From Tubulanus polymorphus (Eukaryota > Animalia > Nemertea), in assembly GCF_964204645.1 (NCBI RefSeq), contig NC_134027.1, forward strand, positions 27,056,560 through 27,120,559: a stretch of DNA of 64,000 nt. Reading direction: 5' to 3'. Position 1 is the stretch's first letter. The number at the start of each line of letters is the position of its first letter. Under the pieces are notes generated by a model, which was given only the letters and a program-made list of their open reading frames with translations, was not told the origin of the DNA and searched no databases. The position numbers were made by a program, and so were the translations under genes. This document shows, piece by piece, positions 40,930 through 52,643 of the stretch.

Positions 40930-43230
40930 TATTCGGCGTCTAGTGGCACTTCGTAGCCGACGCTTCCTCAGCTAAATTCTCTGCCATAAAACTTACTATT
41001 CTGCGTCTCGTTGCACTCCTCAACCTGAGTTTTATTGGCGTTCTTGCATTCTGTAAGAGAATTCAGGGATTTATGACAAAATTGCAGTCGTCGAATGATT
41101 TACACTAAAACTCATCCAGATATCCATGGTTAGTTATGGAACTTGATTGACTTAAACAAATTAGATATTTAACCCCCCCCCCCCCCCCCCGGTGGGGAGA
41201 AACAAAACCTAGGATAGTCCCAATTCCATCAGAATGTGTCAATGCGTTTATCCTTGGTTTAAATGTTTGAAGATGACCCAGCACCAAAGACCTATAAATA
41301 TCTTACTTCATTCTAATGAAATGACCTGCTTGTGTTCATTTACCGGTGCTGGTGCTGGTTCTTCCGGAGCTTGTATGGCCGCTGGTTCCGGAGCTTGTAC
41401 CGGTATGGCTTACCTTCGATATTTTTAAAGACACATCAGTGCCATTTATCCTGTGGGGATTTGCCTCTATGATGCTAATCCCCACAGCGGCTGATACCGT
41501 CACAAAACAGTACCTTAGTGATCTACAATGAAAATATACATTACTCAGGAGTTGTAGGAGTTACTGCAATATAGAAGTAAATGTCTTTGTATAAAAAGGA
41601 AACATCAAGTTTCCGATGGGTTTTAATGGATCAGTTAATCAGGTAAACAACTCAGCTGTGACGTGAAATACTCAGTGTTTATGATCTGAACTTCCCTTTA
41701 TAATTCCTACCAACGTCTATATTACTTAATTATGAACATTAAACACATTTGAAATAAAGAAAAAATTATAAACTTACTGCTGCTTTCTGTTTTTAATAAT
41801 GTACGCTTTTTATTTTTCCAAATGGTTTCCATGTTGTTTTTTTTATTTTTCTAGTATTTGAACTACCACGGAAGTAGAGTTTTGCCTCCATTTGTGGAGT
41901 AAAGATGAGAATTATAAAACACAGCATCCGTTTGATAAACAGGTTGAATATAAAATCATTCATTAACTATGAGATTGGTTCATTAATCAGCTAAACAACT
42001 CAACTGTCATGTGAAACACTCAGTGTTTATGATCTGAACTTCCCTTTTTTTATTACTTTATTATGAACAATAAGCACATTTGAAATAAAGAAAGATTATA
42101 AACTTACTGCCCCTTTTTGTTTTTAATAAAATAAATTTTTTTTATTTTCCCATACTTTTTTAATTGTGTGAGAATTTTTCTTCGGTTGGCTAAACCTCTG
42201 AAGTACAGATTCATCTGTGGAGTAAAGAAGAGAATTATAAAACACAGCATCCGTTTGATAAACAGGTTGAATATAAAATCATTCATTAACTATGAGATTG
42301 ATACATTAATCAGCTAAACAACTCAACTGTCATGTGAAACACTCAGTGTTTATGATCTGAACTTCCCTTTATAATTCCTACCAACGCCTATATTACTTAA
42401 TTATGAACATTAAACACATTTGAAATAAAGAAAAAAGATTATAAACTTACTGCCCCTTTTTGTTTTTGATGAAAAAAACTTATTTTTCCATACTTTTTTA
42501 ATTTAGTTTGAATTTTTCTGTGGTTAGCTGTTCCTCTAAAGTACAGATTACAATTCATCTGTGGAGTAAAGAAGAGAATTATAAAACACAGCATCCGTTT
42601 GATAAACAGGTTGAATATAAAATCATTCATTAACTATGAGATTGATACATTAATCAGCTAAACAACTCAACTGTCATATGAAACACTCAGTGTTTATGAT
42701 CTGAACTTCCCTTTTTTTATTACTTTATTATGAACAATAAACACATTTGAAATAAAGAAAGATTATAAACTTACTGCCCCTTTTTGTTTTTAATAAAATA
42801 AATTTTTTTTATTTTCCCATACTTTTTTAATTGTGTGAGAATTTTTCTTCGGTTGGCTAAACCTCTGAAGTACAGATTCATCCGTGGAGTAAAGAAGAGA
42901 ATTATAAAACACAGCATCCGTTTGATAAACAGGTTGAATATAAAATCATTCATTAACTATGAGATTGATACATTAATCAGCTAAACAACTCAACTGTCAT
43001 GTGAAACACTCAGTGTTTATGATCTGAACTTCCCTTTATAATTCCTACCAACGCCTATATTACTTAATTATGAACATTAAACACATTTGAAATAAAGAAA
43101 AAAGATTATAAACTTACTGCCCCTTTTTGTTTTTGATGAAAAAAACTTTTTTTATTTTTCCATACTTTTTTAATTTAGTTTGAATTTTTCTGTGGTTAGC
43201 TGTTCCTCTAAAGTAGAGATTACAATTCAT
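40930..43230 (-). CDS. Split-RRM cassette unit 1: A exons 43230-43118, 42881-42775 (acceptor CAG>CGG), 42558-42451 (frameshift), 42214-42108, 41891-41778 (acceptor CAA, stop); B exon 41522-41414; Arg-rich C exons 41050-40997 and 40971-40930
   Basis: A = MNLYFRGLANRRKILTQLKKYGKIKKIYFIKNKKG(Q), ccacag|ATG...CA|gtaagt. B = SLRYCFVTVSAAVGISIIEANPHRINGTDVSLKISK, tgtag|A...AAG|gtaagc. C = NARTPIKLRLRSATRRRI and LRKRRLRSATRRRI. A+B is in frame and gives RNP2, RNP1 and PHxI(D/N)G of an RRM. Confidence 0.65.
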
Positions 43231-43320
43231 CTGTGGAGTAAAGAAGAGAATTATAAAACACAGCATCCGTTTGATAAACAGGTTGAATATAAAATCATTC
43301 ATTAACTATGAGATAGGTAA

Positions 43321-43616
43321 CACTGGGTTCTGGTATTAATTTTCAATTCTGACAGAAATATAACTTAGCGTCTGACCATTTCGAATTTGCGTATAGTAAT
43401 TTATTATGAATTAATATCGCGTAAAAGAATGTCAGAAGAGCGAACAAGAATGTACGTAGGCGTGAATGTAATATCTCAGCTACATTAAGTTTTCTGATAT
43501 AGCTCTACGAGCGGCCATAGAACTCGTTCTATGGAGCGCCGTAGTGGATTGACCCGATAGCACAGCGGGTAACCTCCCGGTCTGACGTGTAGTAGTTCGT
43601 GTCTTAGAAACCAGTG
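43321..43616. mobile_element. MITE-like insertion with CACTGG...CCAGTG termini at the edge of the A-exon array
   Basis: Termini CACTGGGTTCT / AGAAACCAGTG; similar termini occur at 24191-24415. Confidence 0.45.
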
Positions 43617-44916
43617 TCTCCACTCACATTTTAACATTCCTTCTTAGCTCTCGAGGAACGAGCGAGTTATTACGAGCCTGTCGACATCGTGTATTCAAAT
43701 ATTTCAATAAAATATTTCATGTCTTTTATCGAATTATCAGTGATATATTCCTATCTCTGTTATTTTCGTAGAATTTTAACAAAGTTGACCATGTCATCGA
43801 CGGATGTCTTCAATCGCATCGATTATATGTCGTTTAACCCGAGAAACAATGAAACAAATGCTCACATAAACGTACCGCAATTTTACATGAATTGGCTCAA
43901 TGCCAACTTCATATGGCTGACAATGGTAAACCAAAAACTTACTTTCGACTAAAATCTGTTCCATCATGTTTTATCTTCTACTTCTCTCAGAATCCAGTTC
44001 TCTTCCTATTCTTCATATTCATCTGCAATTGAAGAAAAAAGAAACAGTTCTTCAATATACAGGCAACTCTGCTCCGCTATAGGTACCAATAAACTTGATA
44101 CCAGTAGCAATTGCTGAAATTGTTATGTCGATAAAGACAAGAAATTGATGAAGACAATAATGAAATGGCAGCACAACTGAGGCATCAGAGATTAGATTTC
44201 AGGAAGATGAAATTTCAAATTTCAATTAGCTAAATTAATTAATTAGCATATCTGGACAAGAAATATTCATCTAAACAAATAGCCTGAGTTAACCAACTGG
44301 AAAAGCAAGGATTCACTTACGACACACAGAAATTAAGAAACTACTATCAGAGCATTGTTTAATTGACGATAAAAATCATAGATGCTAAACGTGATTGTTC
44401 CACAACTCTAATCATCATCAAACTCTGCTGCTCTCTGCACAGAAGAGAAGATCCATCCCAAAACAGTATATAGAAATATTTTGTAACAGGTTCTTGTGAA
44501 CTTATTTGATTTTCAGTGATCAACTATTCAGTAACAGTCGAGATGATTATGGTGATAATAATAATTGCGTTATCTTTTATTCATGTTGTTTTTTTTGTAC
44601 ATGCATTACTAAAATTTATTCAACTTCCATTTCTTTATAGCTTCATAATGTCCATTTGGTGCCATTGACTTGATTGCAACCCACAAAATTTATGTGTGAC
44701 ATTTTTATGTAAGAGTTTGGGTTCGATTTAGATTTTGCGTTCTCATAGCATCAAACTATGGAATGTAAGTTTTTAAACATACAAATGAAGCTAAAACTTT
44801 GCAGTGCCACAAGTTCAAAGAAAATTTATATGATAATTCTAGAAGTGTTTGCTTAAGCAGCCACTGAAGAGTGACATAGTTTGATATTATAAAGTGTGAA
44901 CAAACTCATCTCAACA

Positions 44917-45629
44917 TTGCAATTCAACGGGATAGGTGTGCACACCAAATGCAATTCAACAGGATAGTCGTACACACCAAATGCAGTTCAACGGGATAGG
45001 TGTGCACACCAAATGCAATTCAACGGGATAGGTGTGCACACCAAATGCAATTCAACAGGATAGTCGTACACACCAAATGCAGTTCAACGGGATAGGTGTG
45101 CACACCAAATGCAATTCAACGGGATAGGTGTGCACACCAAATGCAATTCAACGGGATAGGTGTGCACACCAAATGCAATTCAACGGGATAGTCGTGCACA
45201 CCAAATGCAGTTCAACGGGATAGGTGTGCACACCAAATGCAATTCAACGGGATAGGTGTGCACACCAAATGCAATTCAACGGGATAGGTGTGCACACCAA
45301 ATGCAATTCAACGGGATAGGTGTGCACACCAAATGCAATTCAACGGGATAGGTGTGCACACCAAATGCAATTCAACGGGATAGGTGTGCACACCAAATGC
45401 AATTCAACGGGATAGGTGTGCACACCAAATGCAATTCAACGGGATAGGTGTGCACACCAAATGCAATTCAACGGGATAGGTGTGCACACCAAATGCAATT
45501 CAACGGGATAGGTGTGCACACCAAATGCAATTCAACGGGATAGGTGTGCACACCAAATGCAATTCAACGGGATAGGTGTGCACACCAAATGCAATTCAAC
45601 GGGATAGGTGTGCACACCAAATGCAATTC
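44917..45629. repeat. 32-bp satellite, about 22 copies, containing the palindrome GGTGTGCACACC
   Basis: Unit AAATGCAATTCAACGGGATAGGTGTGCACACC with no spacers; the right half is essentially homogeneous. Confidence 0.97.
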
Positions 45630-45811
45630 TCCGACATAAACATTCCATGTGTACAATTCGATCACCTCATCCAGCACGATTCCAAAAAAGATAGAATAAT
45701 CAACGACAAGTTTAGTTCAATTATTAACTATGGCTCTTACTGAGGGTAGAGACCGGTATCCCAATCTACCAAAGATAAAGACCGGCAACTAGTCTAAATC
45801 CCGGTCAATGC

Positions 45812-46127
45812 AGATAGACGCCGATTGGTTCCAAGAATAACCAGTTTTTGATTGGTCCAGTATTCTTGGCGCATTGAACGTTTCGTACGGTTCATAATTC
45901 ACTACGACAATAGACTTTAAAATAGGAGAGATAGATCAAACACAAATAAAAGAAAGGACGAAATAGAAATAAACAACACTGAAAAGAACAGCCAGTTTTT
46001 GATTGGTCCAGTACTCTTGGCACATTGAACGTTTCGTACGGTTCACAATTCACTCCGAGATCGATCATAAATAGACCCTAGGCTAAAAATAAAAGAAAGA
46101 AGACAACGTTAGATACGACTGTGAAAT
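45812..46127 (+). promoter_or_regulatory. Duplicated CCAAT-box promoter/leader-exon module upstream of RRM unit 2
   Basis: Two copies of CCAGTTTTTGATTGGTCCAGTA.TCTTGGC.CATTGAACGTTTCGTACGGTTCA (45841, 45991); donor gtaagt at 46128; YY1-like CCGCCAT near 46241. Confidence 0.5.
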
Positions 46128-46328
46128 GTAAGTTTAGTTTGATTTTTGTTTCAAGGCCGACTTTAATTGATAAATGGGATGCCCATTAATCAATGTATCC
46201 GTTCTCCAATGAAATGTCAAATTTGTTCCATCGTAATCAGCCGCCATGTTTGCTAATTAACTGATTTTATATTCAACCTGTTTATCAAACGGATGCTGTG
46301 TTTTATAATTCTCTTCTTTACTCCACAG

Positions 46329-49300
46329 ATGAATCTGTACTTCAGAGGTTTAGCCAACCACAGAAAAATTCTAACTAAATTAAAAAAGTATGGAAAAATA
46401 AAAAAAGTTTTTTTCATTAAAAACAAAAAGCGCCAGTAAGTTTATAATCTTTTTTCTTTATTTAAAATGTTTTTAATGTTCATAATTAAGTAATATAAGC
46501 GTTGGTAGGAATTATAAAGGGAAGTTCAGATCATAAACACTGAGTGTTTCACATGACAGTTGAGTTGTTTAGCTGATTAATGTATCAATCTCATAGTTAA
46601 TGAATGATTTTATATTCAACCTGTTTATCAAACGGATGCTGTGTTTTATAATTCTCTTCTTTACTCCACAGATGAATCTGTACTTCAGAGGTTTAGCCAA
46701 CCGAAGAAAAATTCTCACACAATTAAAAAAGTATGGGAAAATAAAAAAAATTTATTTTATTAAAAACAAAAAGGGGCAGTAAGTTTATAATCTTTCTTTA
46801 TTTCAAATGTGTTTATTGTTCATAATAAAGTAATAAAAAAAGGGAAGTTCAGATCATAAACACTGAGTGTTTCACATGACAGTTGAGTTGTTTAGCTGAT
46901 TAATGTATCAATCTCATAGTTAATGAATGATTTTATATTCAACCTGTTTATCAAACGGATGCTGTGTTTTATAATTCTCTTCTTTACTCCACAGATGAAT
47001 CTGTACTTCAGAGGTTTAGCGAACAGAAGAAAAATTCAAACTAAATTAAAAAAGTATGGGAAAATAAAAAAAGTTTTTTTCATTAAAAACAAAAAGCGCC
47101 AGTAAGTTTATAATCTTTTTTCTTTATTTAAAATGTATTTAATGTTCATAATTAAGTAATATAAGCGTTGGTAGGAATTATAAAGGGAAGTTCAGATCAT
47201 AAACACTGAGTGTTTCACATGACAGTTGAGTTGTTTAGCTGATTAATGTATCAATCTCATAGTTAATGAATGATTTTATATTCAACCTGTTTATCAAACG
47301 GATGCTGTGTTTTATAATTCTCTTCTTTACTCCACAGATGAATTGTAATCTGTACTTTAGAGGTTCAGCTAACCACAGAAAAATTCTAACTAAATTGAAA
47401 AAGTATGGAAAAATAAAAAAAGTTTTTTTCATTAAAAACAAAAAGCGCCAGTAAGTTTATAATCTTTTTTCTTTATTTAAAATGTGTTTAATGTTCATAA
47501 TTAAGTAATATAGACGTTGGTAGGAATTATAAAGGGAAGTTCAGATCATAAACACTGAGTGTTTCACATGACAGTTGAGTTGTTTAGCTGATTAATGAAC
47601 CAATCTCATGTGTTGCTGTGTTTTATAATTCTCTTCTTTATTTCACAGATGGAGGCTAAACTCTACTTCAGGGGAAGATCGAATCCAAAAAAAATAAAAA
47701 ATATTTTTTAAAAATTAGGAGAAATAAAAAAAGTTTATTTCATTAAAAACAAAAAGGGGCAGTAAGTTTAAAATCTTGATTTCAAATGTGTTTAATGTTC
47801 ATAATAAAGTAATAGGTGTTGGTAGGAATTATAAACAACAAGACGCAGAATAGTAAGTTTTATGGTCGAGAATTTAAGAAATCAAAATCTCAATCAGTAA
47901 TGTTTTTCTAGCCTGTTTGTGACCTCATATGGTGTATGAGGTGGTTAAATATGGAACCGAATCCCCCGTGTTCAGTGTCATTTTGTCTCGTTTAAACAAG
48001 TTCCCAAAGCCTCAAATAAAATCAAGAAATTACAGCCTCATAAAGAAGGCGCTTGGAATCAAAAATAAAAACAGGCAGACTTTTTACTCAAATCAATAGT
48101 TCAATTTACATGACATAAGAATAAAGGCATCGCCAGGAATGTTTAAAGAAGGTTCAGATTGTGAGATGTTGTGTCACACATGACACCATTTGCTAATTGA
48201 CTGATTCTATATTCAACATGTTTATCACATCCAGCTGTGTTTTATTTATAATTTTCTCATTCAATTCCACAGATGGATTCGATTTTATTTGGAAAAAAAA
48301 TATCAACTAAGACAACAGTGGCAAGTTAGAAAAAAAAATTAAAAAAATTTGGCCAAATCAAGAAGGCCGTAGTTATAAGGAATAAATACGGGCAGTAAAT
48401 TTATGACTTTTTACTGAAATTACTGTACATGAATAAAGGCATCGCCAGGAATGTTTAAAGGGGTTTCAGATTGTAAGCATTTGTGCTACATATAACAGTA
48501 GTTTATCAGGGGTTTACTAAAACGCATAAATCCAGTGGAGTAAAATGGGTCCATCAAATCTTTCCTTTGAACCCTGCGTCCAAAACAGCAATTTTACAAG
48601 ACAATGGCAAAAGGAAATTTCCTGGGCCCGGTTTTATAGACTGCCGGGTATAGTGATATACTTAAAACACTACCCATAATTGGTTATAATAAACAACTAG
48701 CCATTTACAACTCCTAAACTGCAGTAACTCCTACAACTCCTGAGCAATGTATATTTTCATTGTAGATCACAAAGATATTGTTTTGTGACGGTATCAGCCG
48801 CTGTGGGGATTAGCATTATAGATGCAAATCCCCACAGGATAAATGGCACTGATGTGTCATTTAAATTATCGAAGGTAAGTCATCATGATTATTTGATAAT
48901 TCTATCCAAGTCCTCATCATTATTATTGTAGATCACAGAGATATGGATTTATTCTATGTTCAGCGGTAACAGTTGAACAAATAATCTGCGAATCCCCATC
49001 ACATTGATTGGGAAAATATAGTTTTTAAATTGTCTAAAGAGGTAAGCTATCATGAAATTTTATTCTTCAGTAATACCATCCAATCAGATGTATGGGATTC
49101 ATTTGAAACATGTCTGGAATTTAATATCAATAAATACTCACTATGCCTAATACGTCAGACAATTAAAGGGATGCTGTACATTAATAAGAGACATTCCCTA
49201 AACTGCAGTAATTCATCCCGAGTTCTAAATGTATGTATTATTATTGTAGATCAATGAAATACGGATTCATTGTCTGTGATACAGACACGGCAGAAAAAAT

Positions 49301-50538
49301 TATCACTGCAAATCCCCATCAAATTGACGGGGATATCATCTATTTTAAATTGTCTAAAGAGGTAAGCTATCATGTAGTTTTATTCTTCAGTAATACCATC
49401 CAAGGTATGTTCCATATTGAATACCGGTATTGTTCAAGTAATTACTTTCTAATTGGTATGGGGCCCAAAAGCAAGATATAGAAAAACAAATAATATCTGT
49501 TCCTTCTTCATCAGCAAACGTGGTAGAAACCATAATTAGCGAAAACCAACATCATATAGATAGGTAAGCTATCATAATATATTTAATGTTCATAATAAAG
49601 GAATATAGACGTTGGCAGAAGTTTTAAACTTGTGTCAGTTAAGTTTTGGCATTTACTGCATCAAAACTTGTTTAGCTGAAATATACCACTCATAGTTAAT
49701 GAATGATTTTATATTCAACCTGTTTATCAAGATTATAAATCTCGATTATATCAGCCTGCCTTCTGTGCACCAAACTGGGAAGATTTGTCACGTGAGACTT
49801 GATTTATCGGGGGTTTAATGACTGATTTTATATTCAACTTGATTATTAAAAGGATGCTGTGTTTTATTTATAATTTTCTCCTTTCTTCCATAGATGGATT
49901 ATTGCAAAATGAGATTTTCGGATATAACATTAAAAACAAGGGTAAAAGATATTAAAGAAAAAATAAAATCATTTGGGGAAATAAAAAAAAATTGTTATCA
50001 TAAAAGACAAAAACGGACGGTTAGTATCGATGAATCATTTTTCTAAAGTTGTTTATAAGGTTGTAAAAATATAGGTGTTGGCAGGAACTTTTAAAAGGGG
50101 TTCAGATTGGTGTAGTAAGCACTTGTATCACACATGACGGCGTGGTGTGGTCAGGTCTGACTGTTCTTAAAACAGACGAATCCACGGGACTTGTGACGGA
50201 GAAAATTTGAAAAATTGAGGTTCTGAGATGCAATATGAAAGGTTACTAGTAGCTTCTAATACTAAAAATCAAAGTTTAGAAACTTAGAAATTAAGGCCAA
50301 GAATTTAATATACAAAATTTTCATCTTGTTCACCTTCCATGCATAGCAGAAATAGTCAACCTAATTCTACTTTCATCTCGATATCTTTTTCATCTTGATA
50401 TCTTGTAGATATCTGGATAAGAACAAGTTTAGTGTAAACCATTCAAGGAATTGAATTTTCTCCTGAATTCTCTTACAGATTCCACCAAGAAGAACACCCA
50501 TGAAGCAGCGGCTACGAAGCGCGACCCGCTTAAGGAAT
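46329..50538 (+). CDS. Split-RRM cassette unit 2: A exons 46329-46435, 46672-46778, 46995-47101, 47338-47450 (intact), 47649-47761 and 48273-48394 (in-frame stops); B exons 48766-48874 (intact), 48932-49041 (frameshift), 49250-49361 (intact); further A exon 49894-50019 (+1 A); C exon 50479-50538
   Basis: Same splice-site signatures as unit 1. A2+B3 reads MNLYFRGLANRRKILTQLKKYGKIKKIYFIKNKKGQSMKYGFIVCDTDTAEKIITANPHQIDGDIIYFKLSKE, a complete RRM-like domain. C = IPPRRTPMKQRLRSATRLRN. Confidence 0.7.
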
Positions 50539-50634
50539 GTAAGTTTAGAAATTTAGAAATTATGGCTGAGAATACATATTTTCTTGGGGAGTAGAAGGTG
50601 GTTTAATGAAGCTGGAGCAGAAATAGTCAACCTA

Positions 50635-51790
50635 ATTCTTCTTAGCAGGTTCTCTCAAAAACACACAAAACTTCTGACGATAATACGATAATCAACACTT
50701 GATCAAACGACAAAATATAACAAGATATAAACGACAAAAACTTAAACTTTAAGTTCAATTTAATCTTTGCTTAGCACAAGTTTGCAGTAATCGGCTGGCC
50801 TATGCAAGATAGATGTTGATTGGTTCCAATATTAGGCAGTTTTTGATTTGTCTAGCCTCTTCTTAGTGGGTTCTCTCAAAAACACACAACTTCCGACAGA
50901 CATACTAACTATACGTACAAGACTCACTCTTGCGATAGAAAAAACTATTATTTAAAAAAAAAAGATTAACCTAAAAGTAAGTTCAATTTAATCTTTGCTT
51001 AGCACAAGTTTGCAGTAATCGGCTGGCTTATGCAAGATAGATGTTGATTGGTTCCTATATTAGGCAGTTTTTGATTTGTCTAGCCACTTCTTGGCGGGTT
51101 ATCTCAAAAACACACAAATCTTCCGATGAACATACCTACTAAACGCACTACTTACAGCTCTCGCGACGGAAAAAAACTATTTAAAAAAAAAAGATTTACT
51201 TAAAGTAATTTCAATTTAATCTTTGCTTAGCACAAGGCCGACTTCTAGAACATGAGAAGCCCATTAATCAATGGAGGTCTATATAAATTATAGGCCTATC
51301 CGGTCCCAACGAAATGTCAAGTTTGTTTCATCGTAACCAAACCAAGCGCCATATAGGAACATAAACAACCTGTATCGAGGTGCCGCCGAGCCAGAAGTTC
51401 ACGGCTCATACTGAACTGAATCAACTGAGTAAATCGATTTTAACGCTACCAAACTATAGATCTACAGTGCGTTCCATAAAAAATAAAAAAACAACCTCTC
51501 CAAAATCAACTAATTTATAAATTATGGCTTTACAATGAAGTGAATTGGAATCCAATTACGTTGATAATCTTCAATAGTGTTTTTGTTAAAAATAAGAAAT
51601 AATTGGGTCACCCATAAATGTTTCAGCGCACACGAATAAAATTTCTAGCTGAATTCTTAGCGGGTTCTCTCAAAAACACCTCGACCGTCGATTACTAGAC
51701 TTAAATATACAGAAATACATATTTAATTTTTCTATTATTAAAAAGATAAAAGACACTTAAAAGTAAGTTCAATTTAATCTTTGCTTCAAG
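50635..51790 (+). promoter_or_regulatory. Four tandem promoter/leader-exon modules homologous to 45812-46250
   Basis: Repeated TTCTTAGCGGGTTCTCTCAAAAACAC ... AAAGTAAGTTCAATTTAATCTTTGCTT. Donors at 50977, 51205 and 51763; the first copy has lost its GT. GATTGGTTCC boxes precede copies 2 and 3. Confidence 0.5.
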
Positions 51791-52196
51791 GCAGACTAAA
51801 GCATGAGAAGCCTATTAATGGATAAAGGTCTATCCGTTCCCAACTGAACATACAACATTTTGGCTTTTTTCCTAACAGCCATTATCAGATATATGGGATT
51901 CATTTGAAATCAATAAATACCCATATGCTGAGTTCTAAATGTGTGTATTATTATTGTAGATCAAAGAAATACGGATTCGTAGTTGTGGCCCCAGGAACGG
52001 CACAAAAAATCATCATCGGAAAAGACTGCTCTCAATATACGTAGAGGTTGTGGTAGAAACAAAAGCATTCTAACACAAGCATCTCTCTTTTCATAGCCTC
52101 ATCTCCTTCAGCTGAATGTATAAATTAATCAAATATAAAAGGGAAAGCAGCAGAAACAGAAACAGCCCCTGTAGCAGAAACAGAAACAGCCCCTGT

Positions 52197-52198
<2 letters not shown>

Positions 52199-52280
<82 letters not shown>
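52199..52280. repeat. (CAG)n tract, about 27 units, inside a degenerate triplicated extension of a truncated B exon (starts 51960)
   Basis: Directly visible; the flanking motif CCTCATCTCCTTCAGC recurs at about 52097, 52320 and 52434. Confidence 0.9.
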
Positions 52281-52643
52281 TGAACCTGGGCCAATATGCA
52301 TACATCTCTATTTTCGTGGCCTCATCTTCAGCTGAACGTATAAATCAATCAAATGCAATAGGGAAAGACCTACTCTCAATATTGAGGTTGATGGAAAAAA
52401 GTTAAGAATCCAAACAGAAACATCTTTTCATGGCCTCATCTCCTTCAGCAGAATGTTAAAATTATCATATGCAAAAAGGAAGGCAGCAGCAGCAGCAGCC
52501 GCCCTCATCAGGTGTATGGGGTTCATTTGGAATCAATAAAACCTCAGTCAGGCAATTAAAGGGGTGCTGTATCATTATTAGAGGACATTCCCTAAACTGC
52601 AGTAATTCATCCTGAGTTCTAAATGTATGTATTATTATTGCAG

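Noticed and set aside
44917-45629. CRISPR array (32-bp partly palindromic repeat)
   Set aside because: Units are head-to-tail with no unique spacers, there are no cas genes, and the context is eukaryotic and intron-rich.
42104-47454. Tandem 60-aa 'MNDFIFNLFIKRMLCFIILFF...' peptides as secreted or antimicrobial peptides
   Set aside because: The hydrophobic N-terminus is the translated polypyrimidine tract before a canonical acceptor and the stop lies inside the gtaagt donor; exon interpretation fits better, although the cationic composition is real.
52091-52294. Poly-Leu ORF
   Set aside because: Antisense reading of a (CAG)n microsatellite.
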